From: an uncultured Gammaproteobacteria bacterium
GTDB taxonomy: Bacteria; Pseudomonadota; Gammaproteobacteria; Steroidobacterales; Rariloculaceae
NCBI GenBank assembly: GCA_963805435.1
Contig: CAWDUG010000014.1
Span: 462,382-526,381 of the forward strand
Length of the DNA stretch: 64,000 nucleotides
Direction of reading: 5' to 3'
Shown here: positions 44,184 through 55,846 of the stretch, in pieces
Layout of the letters: the number at the start of each line of letters is the position of its first letter
Position numbering within the stretch: position 1 is the first letter of the stretch
The notes under the pieces: model-generated
Database searches by the model: none
Seen by the model: only the letters and a program-made list of their open reading frames with translations
What the model was told of the DNA's origin: nothing
Made by a program: the position numbers and the translations under genes

Positions 44184-46832
44184 GTGACCTCGGACACCGA
44201 CGAACGACGTAGCTCGCAGCAGCCCACCGAGATCGGCACGGTCTTGGCGCGGGCTGCGATCGAGGTCGGTTCCACGGTCGGGGTCTACCGGATCGAGGCC
44301 AGAATCGGCGCCGGGGGCATGGGGGACGTGTTTAGCGCCGTCGACACGCGCCTCGATCGTAGAGTGGCGATAAAAGTGTCCACGGTGCCCTTCGACGAGC
44401 GCTTCGAGCGCGAGGCACGCGTTCTTTCCGCGTTGAATCACCCGAACGTCTGCACGCTGTTCGACATCGGCCGCGACTATCTCGTCATGGAGCTACTCGA
44501 CGGCGAAACCCTCGCGGCGCGCCTCGAGCGCGGGCCGTTGCCGCGCGACGAGGTCGCGCGCTACGGAGCCCAGATCGCCGACGCGCTTGCCGAGGCACAC
44601 GGCGCCGGAATCGTGCACCGCGACTTGAAGCCGCAAAACGTCATGCTCACTCGCCACGGCGTGAAGGTGCTCGACTTCGGCATTGCAAAGCTCGCGAGGG
44701 ACGACAAGCTCACGCGAACTGGCTCGATTATCGGCACGGCCGGGTATCTCGCTCCCGAACAGCTCGCAGGCGAAACGGCGACCGAGCGCTCGGACCTCTA
44801 TGCGCTCGGCGTCGTGCTGCACGAGATGCTCACCGGTAGCCATCCCGGATCGACGCACACGAGTGGGCAGCCGATGCGGTCCACTGCGTACGGCGCGCGT
44901 CCGCCGGACACGAAGCCCGCGCCGCTCGACAAGCTCGTCGCGCAGCTGCTCCAAGCCGACCCGGCGCGTCGCCCCGCGTCGGCCGCAGACGTTGCGGCAC
45001 AGCTGCACGCGATGGTCGCGCCGCCACGTGCGGCGTTGTCTCGGCGCGCGGTTGCGCTTGCGGCGGGCGTCGTCGTCGCGGCGCTTGCGGCGGGAGGTTG
45101 GGTGCTGCACCAGCGTGCGTCGGCGGCTCCCCTACGCGTCGTTCGCCTTACGCCCGTCACCACTGTTCCAGGCACGAAGCGCGACCCGGCCTTCTCGCCC
45201 GACGGAACGGCGCTCGCATTCGTATGGGGCGGCGAGGCCGGCAACGAGACCGGGGTCTACGTGCTTCGCGAAGGGCAGGACTCTCCGGTCCGGCTCACGT
45301 CCGGCGCCACGGACGTCGCGCCGGCGTGGTCTCCCGACGGCAAGCGCCTCGCGTTCCTGCGCGTTCATCCGGGGCAGCAGAACGAGCTCGTCACCGTGTC
45401 CGTGCCCGAAACAACTTCTGCCGTGCCGCCCGCGGAGACCAAGATCCGCGACGTGCGTCAACCGGAAATCCTCTTGCGCTTCAGGCGCCCGATGCTCGCG
45501 TGGATGCCGGCGGGCGACGCGATCGTGCTGCCCTTGCCGGACGCGGACTCGGGGTTCACGAGCTTGTACCGTGTGCCGCTCGACGGCTCCGCGCCGCGGC
45601 GAGTGGTCGCGAGCCAGGGAGGTCAGGGCGACGCGTTACCGGCGATCTCTCGCGACGGGCGCTGGCTCGCGTACACCGATACGGAGGCTGCGGGCTCGCG
45701 GATCTTCATCGTGCCGCTCGGTCGGGACGGCGTTGCCGAAGGCGAGCGCGAGCCTTTGCCGGGCGTGCTCGGCGTGAACTCGTTGCATTGGTCGCCGGAC
45801 GCGCAGCACCTGTTGGGAACGACGCAGGGCGATCTCGTGGAGATCGACCGCACGGGTGTCCCGACGACGGTATACACCGCGACCGACTCTTTTCAGGCGA
45901 TGACGCTGCATTGGAAGAGCGCGACGGTGCCGGAGGTCGTATTCGCGAACAGCGGTATCGTGTCCGATCTGCAGGAGATCGGGCTGCGCGACGGCGGGCG
46001 CGCGTCGACGGGACCACCGACACCCGTCCTGCGGCTCGGCGCCCATCAATCGAATCCGTCGCTATCCCCCGACGGACGCTGGCTCGCGTTCTCCGCCGTT
46101 TCGAGGACCAAGACCGGTGTCGGCGAGCTGTGGCTGGCAGGCGCGCACGGCGAGAATCCGCATCGTCTTCTCCCGATCTTCCCCGGCGTTCCGATCGTGT
46201 GGTCGCCGGACAATCGGCACTTGGCCTTTCACGTTCGCCCCAAGGGCATCGCACAGATTCTCGTCGTCGATATGGACGAGAGCGGCAACGCTTCGATGCA
46301 ACGGCAGATCACGGAGTCGGCGTTCTCGCTGTTCGGCCCGAACTGGTCTGCCGATTCGCGCTACCTCTACGCCATCAATAACCGCACGCCGACCGCAGAA
46401 CGAATCGTGCGCGTTCCCGTGGAGGGCGGCGAGCCGGAAGACCTCTTCGAAGGCGGCAGTGCCCGCGTGTCGGTCGACGGCAAGCGCATCTTCTACGCGA
46501 AGCCGCAGCAGCGCGGCATCTACGAGCGCTCGCTCGAGGGGGACATCGCGTCGAATCCCGAGCAGCGCGTGCTCCTGGACTACCTGGCGCCGGTCGGTTT
46601 CGTGCCGGCCGAGAACGGGATTTTCTATGTCGGCCGCGATGAGGCAGGCAAACCAGCCGCGCTGCGGTTCTTCGATTTCGCGCAGCGCCGGTCGTTCGAC
46701 CTCGGCCCGCCGCCCGGCTCTGTGGTGACGACGCTGACCGTGTCGGCCGATGGCACGCGTTTGATCTTCGACCACAATGCGCCGGCCACCGCCGATCTCA
46801 CTCGGCTGGAGCTCCAACGCGGCGGCAACTAG
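44184..46832 (+). CDS. Transmembrane Ser/Thr protein kinase with C-terminal TolB-like (PD40) beta-propeller
   Basis: Hanks kinase motifs GAGGMGDV, VAIK, HRDLKPQN, DFG, APE. TM helix AVALAAGVVVAALAAGGWVL. Many PD40-type strings follow (FSPDGTALAF, WSPDGKRLAF, ISRDGRWLAY, LSPDGRWLAF, WSPDNRHLAF). The ORF opens at 43956 inside tetR; GTG 44184 is the first plausible start after the tetR stop, so the start is uncertain. Confidence 0.85.
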   Translation: MTSDTDERRSSQQPTEIGTVLARAAIEVGSTVGVYRIEARIGAGGMGDVFSAVDTRLDRRVAIKVSTVPFDERFEREARVLSALNHPNVCTLFDIGRDYLVMELLDGETLAARLERGPLPRDEVARYGAQIADALAEAHGAGIVHRDLKPQNVMLTRHGVKVLDFGIAKLARDDKLTRTGSIIGTAGYLAPEQLAGETATERSDLYALGVVLHEMLTGSHPGSTHTSGQPMRSTAYGARPPDTKPAPLDKLVAQLLQADPARRPASAADVAAQLHAMVAPPRAALSRRAVALAAGVVVAALAAGGWVLHQRASAAPLRVVRLTPVTTVPGTKRDPAFSPDGTALAFVWGGEAGNETGVYVLREGQDSPVRLTSGATDVAPAWSPDGKRLAFLRVHPGQQNELVTVSVPETTSAVPPAETKIRDVRQPEILLRFRRPMLAWMPAGDAIVLPLPDADSGFTSLYRVPLDGSAPRRVVASQGGQGDALPAISRDGRWLAYTDTEAAGSRIFIVPLGRDGVAEGEREPLPGVLGVNSLHWSPDAQHLLGTTQGDLVEIDRTGVPTTVYTATDSFQAMTLHWKSATVPEVVFANSGIVSDLQEIGLRDGGRASTGPPTPVLRLGAHQSNPSLSPDGRWLAFSAVSRTKTGVGELWLAGAHGENPHRLLPIFPGVPIVWSPDNRHLAFHVRPKGIAQILVVDMDESGNASMQRQITESAFSLFGPNWSADSRYLYAINNRTPTAERIVRVPVEGGEPEDLFEGGSARVSVDGKRIFYAKPQQRGIYERSLEGDIASNPEQRVLLDYLAPVGFVPAENGIFYVGRDEAGKPAALRFFDFAQRRSFDLGPPPGSVVTTLTVSADGTRLIFDHNAPATADLTRLELQRGGN

Positions 46833-46915
46833 GGCGTCGTTTCAGCCGGTTGAAAGCCCGGGTGCGGTTCACCGACAATCGATTGCGTCCGATTCGGATT
46901 GCGGGGTGCGTCACG

Positions 46916-47683
46916 ATGCCGAACATTCGACTGGGTCCGGTGTGCGCCCGGCTGCTGCTCGTGGCCTTGGGGCTCGCGGCCGCGGCGGTGCGCGCCGCAT
47001 CGCCCCCGGCGGCGGCGGTGGACTTTTCCGGAATCTGGGTTCCGGTTGCCCCCGCCCGTGACCCCCTCGCGCCCGAAGCGCTGCGAATGACGGACCGCGC
47101 GAAGAGCGCGCTCGCGGCGTTCGATGCTCGGCGGTTCGACTCGACCCGCTTCTGCATGCCGTACGGCACGCCGCGCAACACGCTGTCGACGGCGCCGTAT
47201 CCGATCGAGATCCTGCAGCGCCCGGAGCGGCTGACCATAATCTTCGACCGCCTCGGTGACGTTCGGCGAATCTTCTTGGACGGCCGCGCCCGGCCGAATC
47301 CGCTGTGGCCGACGTGGTTCGGTCACTCGCTCGGTCGCTGGGAAGGCAAGACGCTCGTGATCGAGACGCTGGCTCTGACGAAGGAGAGCATTCTGAACGA
47401 CGGCGGATTGCCGCACAGCGAGGACATGCGCGTGGTCGAGCGCCTGAGCCTGTCCACCCGCGACGGCACCCAGGGGTTGAGTGACGAAATCACGATCACA
47501 GATACGACGATGTACGAGGCGCCGATCAAGGTGACGCAACGGTTTCGCCGGGTGGAGGGCGCGCAAATGTCGGAAGGTTCCGTGCTGTGCCTGATCGATC
47601 AATGGCGGCAGGATCTCGAGCGTCGCAATCAGACGCTTGTCGAAGCGCCGCAGTCGGGTGCGGGCAAAGGAGCGCAGCCGTGA
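46916..47683 (+). CDS. Secreted protein of unknown function (paralogue A)
   Basis: Frame of ORF 46850-47683; ATG 46916 gives the signal peptide MPNIRLGPVCARLLLVALGLAAAAVRA. It shares conserved blocks with the next gene (CxPYxxPR, YPxEIxQ, DVRRIxLDGR, PTWxGxSxGxWEGxTLV). Confidence 0.7.
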   Translation: MPNIRLGPVCARLLLVALGLAAAAVRAASPPAAAVDFSGIWVPVAPARDPLAPEALRMTDRAKSALAAFDARRFDSTRFCMPYGTPRNTLSTAPYPIEILQRPERLTIIFDRLGDVRRIFLDGRARPNPLWPTWFGHSLGRWEGKTLVIETLALTKESILNDGGLPHSEDMRVVERLSLSTRDGTQGLSDEITITDTTMYEAPIKVTQRFRRVEGAQMSEGSVLCLIDQWRQDLERRNQTLVEAPQSGAGKGAQP

Positions 47684-48432
47684 TGCGTCGACGGATGGCT
47701 GCGGCGCCGGCCACAATCGCGCTGCTCGGTCTGGCGACGTTGATCGCAACATCCGCTAGCGCGGCCGGCTCGGCATCTGTCGACTTGAGCGGCGTATGGA
47801 TGCCCACGGCTTTAGGTCCGGACGGCAATCGCAATCGCACGTGGCCGGCGAAGCCGCCGCTGCTCCCGGCCGTTCAGGCGGCGTACGACGCTTATCGCGT
47901 CCGCGCGGACGCGAAACCGGAGGAGTACGACAACGCCCGCAGTTGCCTGCCATATATCATGCCGCGCCCCATGCTACTCGTGGCGCAGTACCCGCTCGAG
48001 ATCGTGCAGACGGCAGAGCGCGTGACGGTGATCTTCGAGCTGCACAACGATGTCCGGCGCATCTACCTCGATGGGCGATCGCCGCCGACGGGTCTTCGTC
48101 CCACGTGGATGGGCTACTCGGTAGGGCACTGGGAAGGCGACACGCTCGTCGTCCGCACCACATCCGTTCGCGACGGTACGATCGATCAGCCGCACGGGCC
48201 AGGCATGACGATCACGGAGCGTGTGCGGTTGATCCAGGATAAAGACGGTAAGCCGATGCTCGAGGACGAGCTCGCGGTCGATGACCCGGCAACGTATTCC
48301 GAATCCTTCAAGGTCCGGAACTATTTTCGCCAGCGCGCCGGCGTCGAGATCGGCGAATACTTCTGCAGCGAGGATTTGTGGCAGCAGAACTTGAGCGGCA
48401 ATACGAGCAAGATTCCGTGGCGCAACAATTGA
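47683..48432 (+). CDS. Secreted protein of unknown function (paralogue B)
   Basis: Frame of ORF 47587-48432. ATG 47683 overlaps the upstream TGA (TGATG) and AAAGGAG lies 10 nt upstream. Signal peptide MRRRMAAAPATIALLGLATLIATSASA. Confidence 0.7.
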   Translation: MRRRMAAAPATIALLGLATLIATSASAAGSASVDLSGVWMPTALGPDGNRNRTWPAKPPLLPAVQAAYDAYRVRADAKPEEYDNARSCLPYIMPRPMLLVAQYPLEIVQTAERVTVIFELHNDVRRIYLDGRSPPTGLRPTWMGYSVGHWEGDTLVVRTTSVRDGTIDQPHGPGMTITERVRLIQDKDGKPMLEDELAVDDPATYSESFKVRNYFRQRAGVEIGEYFCSEDLWQQNLSGNTSKIPWRNN

Positions 48433-48436
48433 TCTT

Positions 48437-48823
48437 GTGGAGCCTATGACGATGCGGCGATTCGGTTACGTCTCGATTCTCGTAGCGCTTGCGGGGCCGG
48501 TGGGTGCGCACCACTCGACGGCCAACTTCAATTCCGACACCACTACGAAGATCACCGGTGTCGTGTCGTACGTGAGCTTCACGAACCCGCACTCGTTCAT
48601 CGACATGGAAGTGGCCGGCGCGGACGGCGCGAAGAAGTACAAGGTGTTCGCGACCAGCAAGGTCGCGCTGCTGCGCTACGGGTGGCGGCCCGATTCGGTG
48701 AAGTTCGGCGATACCATCACAATCGAAGGGCGGCCCGATCGCACGGATCCCACGCAGTTGTACATGCTGAGGATCACGTTTGCCGATGGCACCGCGTGGT
48801 CGCGGGACGATATCCTGCAGTAG
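48437..48823 (+). CDS. Small secreted protein, DUF6152-like (my recognition)
   Basis: 128-aa ORF; alternative starts ATG 48446 or 48452. Signal peptide ..VSILVALAGPVGA followed by HHSTANF, then FTNPHSFIDMEV and GWRPDSVKFGDTITIEG. It starts 4 nt after the previous gene. Confidence 0.65.
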   Translation: MEPMTMRRFGYVSILVALAGPVGAHHSTANFNSDTTTKITGVVSYVSFTNPHSFIDMEVAGADGAKKYKVFATSKVALLRYGWRPDSVKFGDTITIEGRPDRTDPTQLYMLRITFADGTAWSRDDILQ

Positions 48824-48861
48824 CGCGGTCTTGGGCCCTAGCTCCGCGGCGACCGCGTCGC

Positions 48862-49089
48862 CTATGAGTACAGGGGATCGCGGGCTGGACGGTCAGCGGA
48901 TGCGATGACCGACGCCAGCCGCCAGCACGCGCGACGCTGCTGCGGGCTCGAGGCTGCATGCATGCGGGCTACGAGGTGATCCAGCCAGCTTTCTCGTTTC
49001 GCGCTCGGCAGTAGCGCCCAGCGTTCGGGGCGAACCCCGGCCCACTTCAAGAACTCGACGTCCGAAATCTCGACTACTTCGTCTTCCAT
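48862..49089 (-). CDS. Hypothetical small protein (75 aa)
   Basis: Frame of ORF 48862-49119. ATG 49089 is preceded by AAAGGA at ~9 nt and a locally AT-richer leader. No recognisable motif. Confidence 0.3.
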   Translation of the reverse strand: MEDEVVEISDVEFLKWAGVRPERWALLPSAKRESWLDHLVARMHAASSPQQRRACWRLASVIASADRPARDPLYS

Positions 49090-49240
49090 TGTATTCGTCC
49101 TTTCTCTTTTCCAGGACATTCTTCGGCGGCGAGGTTGCAGTTTGATGACCGGGCATCGAGGCCTGTGGCCCCGATCGGCGTGCGATGCGCCGATGCGCTA
49201 GGCTTACGACGAGCCGCAGACCGGCGAAGGAGATTCGGCG

Positions 49241-49876
49241 ATGCGCTACCACCATCGACTCACGATCATCGCGATCGCTAGCTCGATCATCGGTCTTGAC
49301 TCCGCTAGCGCACACGCCCAGGACCGCATGGGTCCAATACCGAAGGACCAGCTCACCGAGCAACAGACGAAAGCACTGGCGGAATTCACTGCCGCACGCG
49401 GCCAGCCGACCGGACCCTGGATCGTGCTGCTGCGCAGCCCCGAAGTCATGAGTCGCGCGCGCGGACTCAGCGACTACCTGCGTTACCAGAGCATCCTGCC
49501 GGGCTGGCTGCGCGAGTTCGTGATTCTCATGACCGCGCGGCAGTGGTCACAGAGCTATGAATGGAATGCGCACTACAAGCTCGCGATCGATGAGGGCCTC
49601 TCGGCCGAACTCGCACGCGCCATCGCGGAAGGCCACCGCCCCGAAGGTATGGTCGAGGAAGAGGCAATCCTCTACGACTTCTGCATGGAGCTGCAGCGCA
49701 ACCAGAGTGTCAGCGACGCGACCTATGCCCGGACGCTGGAGCGATTCGGCGAGCAGGGGATTGTCGAGACCGTGAGCTTGATGGGCTACTACACGATGAT
49801 CTCGATGGTGTTGAACACCGCGCGCACGCCGCTACCGGCAGGCGTCCAGCCAGCGATTCCTCCATTCCCGCACTGA
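49241..49876 (+). CDS. Carboxymuconolactone decarboxylase (AhpD-like) family protein with signal peptide
   Basis: Intact 211-aa ORF with AAGGAG upstream and an N-terminal signal-like segment. Core pattern ARQWSQSYEWNAHYKLAIDEGL is typical of the CMD family. Confidence 0.7.
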   Translation: MRYHHRLTIIAIASSIIGLDSASAHAQDRMGPIPKDQLTEQQTKALAEFTAARGQPTGPWIVLLRSPEVMSRARGLSDYLRYQSILPGWLREFVILMTARQWSQSYEWNAHYKLAIDEGLSAELARAIAEGHRPEGMVEEEAILYDFCMELQRNQSVSDATYARTLERFGEQGIVETVSLMGYYTMISMVLNTARTPLPAGVQPAIPPFPH

Positions 49877-49887
49877 TGGCGGAATAG

Positions 49888-49923
49888 AAAAGGCCGGCGG
49901 GGAGAACCCTCACCGGCCTTTTT
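49888..49923. terminator. Bidirectional rho-independent terminator between the CMD-family gene and hppA
   Basis: AAAAGGCCGG...CCGGCCTTTTT: a 10-bp outer stem with additional inner G-C pairs, an A-run on the left and a T-run on the right. It sits between convergent stops at 49876 and 49950. Confidence 0.8.
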
Positions 49924-49949
49924 CGTTTGCAGACCGCTGTCGTGCGCGG

Positions 49950-51966
<2,017 letters not shown>

Positions 51967-52144
51967 TCGTTATCTCCCAAACTCAAACCCAATGTGGCCG
52001 CTGGGCGCGCTTGGACGCGGCCCAAGGGACCTCCATATCAAACCCAGTGAAGCCTCAGCCGTGAAGAAGGGGCGCCGGCGGATGCGCGCGGGTTTCAAGC
52101 CCTTGTTTTTCTAACCAAGCCCCGCCGCCCCCGGCGAAGCGGCG

Positions 52145-53407
52145 CTACTTTAGCACAAACTCTTTCTTTAGCTTTCGTGCAACCCGCTGATTCTTTAGGC
52201 TGACATAACTGGGCAGGCCCTTCACGTACGGCGGGTAGTCCTCGCCCTGGATCAGCGGTGCTAAGTACTTGCGGCACGCCGGCGTGATGCCGAAGCCGTC
52301 CTTCGTGATGAAGTTGCGCGGCAGCATCTTTTCCTTGTTTGCGACCCTGGCGAGCGCCACCTTGCCCACGGTCCAGCGGTAGGGGTGGTCCGACTTGCGC
52401 ACGATCGTCGGCATGACGGCGTTCTCGCCTGCCAGCGCGAGCTCGACCGCGGCCTTGCCACACGCGTAAGCCTGTTCGACGTCGACCTTCGACGCGATGT
52501 GGCGTGCCGCGCGCTGCAGATAGTCGGCAATGGCGTAGTGGTATTTCAAGTTGAGCTTGCTGCGCACGAGCTGCGCCACCGTGGCCGCAACGCCGCCGAG
52601 CTGCGCGTGACCGAACGCGTCCTTCGTGCCGGCTTCGGCCAGGAACTTACCCTCGGGGGTACGCGTGCCTTCCGACACGACGACGACGCAGTACTCGTAG
52701 CGCGCGACCGAGTCCTTCACGCGCGTAAGGAACGCCGCTTCGTCGAACGGAATCTCGGGAAACAGAATGATGTGCGGCGCGTCGGCTGGCGTTTCACCCG
52801 CCAGGCCGCCGGCCGCCGCGATCCAGCCGGCGTGCCGGCCCATGACCTCGAGGATGAACACGCGTGTCGAGGTGCGCGCCATCGACGCCACGTCGAGCGC
52901 CGCTTCGCGCGTCGATACGGCGACGTACTTGGCCACCGACCCAAAGCCGGGGCAGCAGTCGGTCACGGGCAGGTCGTTGTCGACGGTCTTCGGCACGCCC
53001 ACGCAAACGACTGGGTAGCCGAGCTGCTGGCCGATCTGCGACACCTTGTAGGCGGTGTCCATCGAGTCGCCGCCGCCGTTGTAGAAGAAGTAACCGATGT
53101 CGTGGGCCTTGAAGACCTCGATCAGCCGCTCGTACTCGGCGCGGTTCTGCTCGAGCCCTTTCAGCTTATAGCGCGCGGAGCCGAACGCGCCGCCCGGCGT
53201 GTACCTCAGCGCTGCGATGGTCTTCGCCGATTCGGCGCTCGTGTCGATCATGTCCTCGGTCAGTGCGCCGAGAATGCCGTTGCGTCCGGCGTAGACCTTG
53301 CCGAGCTTGGCGCGATGCTTGCGGGCGGTCTCGATGACGCCACAGGCACTGGCGTTGATGACGGCGGTGACGCCGCCCGACTGGGCGTAGAAAATGTTCT
53401 TTTTCAA
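52145..53407 (-). CDS. pfp: 6-phosphofructokinase of the ~420-aa type; PPi dependence inferred from family, not shown
   Basis: Intact 420-aa ORF with PFK motifs YNGGGDSMDTA, PKTVDNDL and MGRHAGWIAA. The sequence type matches the Xanthomonas/Methylococcus-like PFKs that I recall being characterised as PPi-dependent. Confidence 0.8.
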   Translation of the reverse strand: MKKNIFYAQSGGVTAVINASACGVIETARKHRAKLGKVYAGRNGILGALTEDMIDTSAESAKTIAALRYTPGGAFGSARYKLKGLEQNRAEYERLIEVFKAHDIGYFFYNGGGDSMDTAYKVSQIGQQLGYPVVCVGVPKTVDNDLPVTDCCPGFGSVAKYVAVSTREAALDVASMARTSTRVFILEVMGRHAGWIAAAGGLAGETPADAPHIILFPEIPFDEAAFLTRVKDSVARYEYCVVVVSEGTRTPEGKFLAEAGTKDAFGHAQLGGVAATVAQLVRSKLNLKYHYAIADYLQRAARHIASKVDVEQAYACGKAAVELALAGENAVMPTIVRKSDHPYRWTVGKVALARVANKEKMLPRNFITKDGFGITPACRKYLAPLIQGEDYPPYVKGLPSYVSLKNQRVARKLKKEFVLK

Positions 53408-53518
53408 GCGTGCCTCCGAGATGGTGTCGAGCGTGGTGCGAGAATAGCAAAGCGGCTTCCGGTTTGACGAAGGCCGCGGCCGTCGTTAGCGTAGCGGCCG
53501 ACTCACCTGGAGAACGAC

Positions 53519-54166
53519 ATGCGAATCGTCATGCTGGGCGCGCCCGGCTCTGGCAAGGGCACTCAGGCACAGCGCCTGCAACAGGACCACCAGCTGCCGC
53601 AGGTCTCGACGGGCGATTTGCTGCGCCGAGCCGTGGCCGACAAAACGCCGCTCGGCCTCAAGGCCAAAGCCACCATGGATGCCGGCGAGCTCGTGTCCGA
53701 CGAGATCGTGCTCGGTATGATCAAGGAGCGCCTCGCGAAACCCGATGCAAAGCGCGGCTTCATTCTCGATGGTTTCCCGCGCAACCTTGCGCAGGCCGAC
53801 AGCTTGAACGCCGTGCTTGCGGAGCTGGGCCAGAAGATCGATGCGGCCGTGCTCATGGACGTCGATTTCGACATTCTGATGAAGCGGCTGACCGGTCGGC
53901 GCACGTGCTCGAAGACCGGCCAGGTGCTGAACATCCATTTCTCTCCACCCGCAGATCTCGAAGCCTGCCGCAAGGCCGGCGGCGAGCTGCTGCAACGCGA
54001 CGACGACAACGAAACCACGATCCGCAATCGCCTTCAGGTCTACGAGCGCCAGACCGCGCCACTCGTCGACTACTACGAAAGACGCGGCGTGCTGAAGAAG
54101 GTCGCGGCTACCGGCGAAGTCGACGACGTGTACGCGCGGTTCAGGAAGGCCGTGGGCCTGAAGTAA
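53519..54166 (+). CDS. adk: Adenylate kinase
   Basis: Intact 215-aa ORF with P-loop GAPGSGKGTQ, then ISTGDLLR-type and GFILDGFPR motifs, and a long LID segment. Confidence 0.95.
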   Translation: MRIVMLGAPGSGKGTQAQRLQQDHQLPQVSTGDLLRRAVADKTPLGLKAKATMDAGELVSDEIVLGMIKERLAKPDAKRGFILDGFPRNLAQADSLNAVLAELGQKIDAAVLMDVDFDILMKRLTGRRTCSKTGQVLNIHFSPPADLEACRKAGGELLQRDDDNETTIRNRLQVYERQTAPLVDYYERRGVLKKVAATGEVDDVYARFRKAVGLK

Positions 54167-55263
54167 CCGGTGCCGTCCCCTGCGCGAGCAGCGCCGCGAG
54201 CTCGGCCGCTCGCCAGCCTTGTGTCAGATGTGCCGGCGGTCTGCCGGCCGCCACCGCCACGAGATCGCGACGCGTCGCGAGAATCTCTGGTTCGAGGCCG
54301 AGCCTCGCGGCATGCACCCGTACCTGCTCCTGCAGTGCCTTGATCGCATTCTTGTCGGGCGCTGCGTGCGATGCGTTCGCGCGCACCTCGGCCTGTAGAT
54401 CGGGTTGCTCGTGCGCCGCAACAGCAGCGAGCACGGTAGCGCTGTTACGAGCGGCGAACTTGTCCGGGACGAGAGCGTTGAGAGCGGCCGCGTCGCGTGG
54501 CATCGCGGCCGCGATTGCGAGCAGCAGCTCGTCGGTCAGCAGCCAACGGCGCGGTCGGTCCGCACGCTGCGCGGCCGCCTCTCGCCAGCGCACGAGCGCG
54601 AGCGCCGCGCATTGCCCTGCGAACGGTAGCCCGTGCAGGCCTTTCAAGCGGGTCCATAGGGTCAACGTGTCGGTCTCGGGCCGCTCGGCGAGCGCGCGCG
54701 CGCACTCCTCATCGAGCCAGGCGGTGCGGCCGAGCTCCTCGAGCTGCGCAGAAACTCGGTCCCACGCGGCGAGCAGGTGGCGTACGTCGTCGAGTGCGTA
54801 CGCGAGCGCCGCCGCCGGCAGCGGACGGCGGCTCCAGTCGGTGCGGGCGTAGCTCTCGCCGAGCTCGACGCCGAGCGTGCGGGCCAGCAGGGTCTCGAGG
54901 CCGATCTGTGGTGCGTTGCCGGTCAGAGCAGCGGCGATCTGCGTGTCGATCAAGTGCGGCGGCATGCGTTGCGCGCGCTGCCAGACAACTTCGAGGTCCT
55001 GGCGCGCGCTGTGCAGTACCCACGTGAAGTCGGGGCGAAAAAGCTCGGCATACAGCGGCGAGAGGTCGAGAGGTGCCAGGCAGTCGATGCAGGCGACGTC
55101 GTCGCGCGTGGCGATCTGAATCAGGCACAGCTGCGGGTAGTAGGTCTTCTCGCGGACGAACTCGGTGTCGACGGCCGCAAGCGTTGTGCGCTTCAAGGCC
55201 GCGACCAGGCGCTCGAGCGAGTCGCTCGTGGCTACCCAGCCAGATTTCGTCTGCGGTCGTCAT
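54141..55263 (-). pseudogene. rnd: Ribonuclease D; one frame break near the N-terminus
   Basis: ATG 55263 (MTTADEIWLG) and ORF 54141-55196 join if the base at ~55233 is dropped (..IWLG/ATSDSLERLVAALKRTTLAAVDTEFVRE..). DEDD exonuclease motifs are followed by an HRDC-like tail. The 3' end overlaps adk by 26 nt (convergent). Confidence 0.85.
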
Positions 55264-55327
55264 CGTCAGTCCTGTGCCGTGTCTCTTGTGAGCTATTATC
55301 CGGCCCCGTGACCGCAGAAACATCCCC

Positions 55328-55846
55328 GTGTTCCGCCTGATTCCGGTCATTCTGGGTATCACGGTCCACCGGCGTGGCCCCGACGACCTGCCGTCGTCGC
55401 CATTTTTGGTGTTGGTGCTGCTCGCGGCGTCCGAGTGCGCGCAGCTCGTGACTCTGCGGATCGCGGCAGCTCCAGACGAAGCCATTTTGGTGTTGTTGTT
55501 CTCGGTCGTGCTCGACTTCCTGTTCGTGTGGGGCGCACTCGTTGTGTTCGAGCGGCGGTCGCGTTTCTGGCAGACGATGAGCGCGTTCCTGGGAGCCGGC
55601 GTCGTGTTGAACGCGATCAGCGCGTTATTGGTCGGCTGGAACAATTCGTTGCAAGCGCCCGCGGATACGACGACGGCGCCCGAGGTGTTGCTGCAACTTC
55701 TGCAGGTTTGGTCCGTCGACATTGGCGGCTTCTTGCTGGCGCGCGCGATCGATCGCCACTACGCGCTCGGGGTTGTGATCATGCTAGGGTACGTGCTCGT
55801 ATCGACGAGCCTCCTGAGCACTTTGCTGTTCTCATCGAGCGTCTAA
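55328..55846 (+). CDS. Inner-membrane protein of unknown function
   Basis: 172-aa ORF (GTG start) with 4-5 hydrophobic helices. Its TAA overlaps the mpl ATG (TAATG). Confidence 0.6.
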   Translation: MFRLIPVILGITVHRRGPDDLPSSPFLVLVLLAASECAQLVTLRIAAAPDEAILVLLFSVVLDFLFVWGALVVFERRSRFWQTMSAFLGAGVVLNAISALLVGWNNSLQAPADTTTAPEVLLQLLQVWSVDIGGFLLARAIDRHYALGVVIMLGYVLVSTSLLSTLLFSSSV

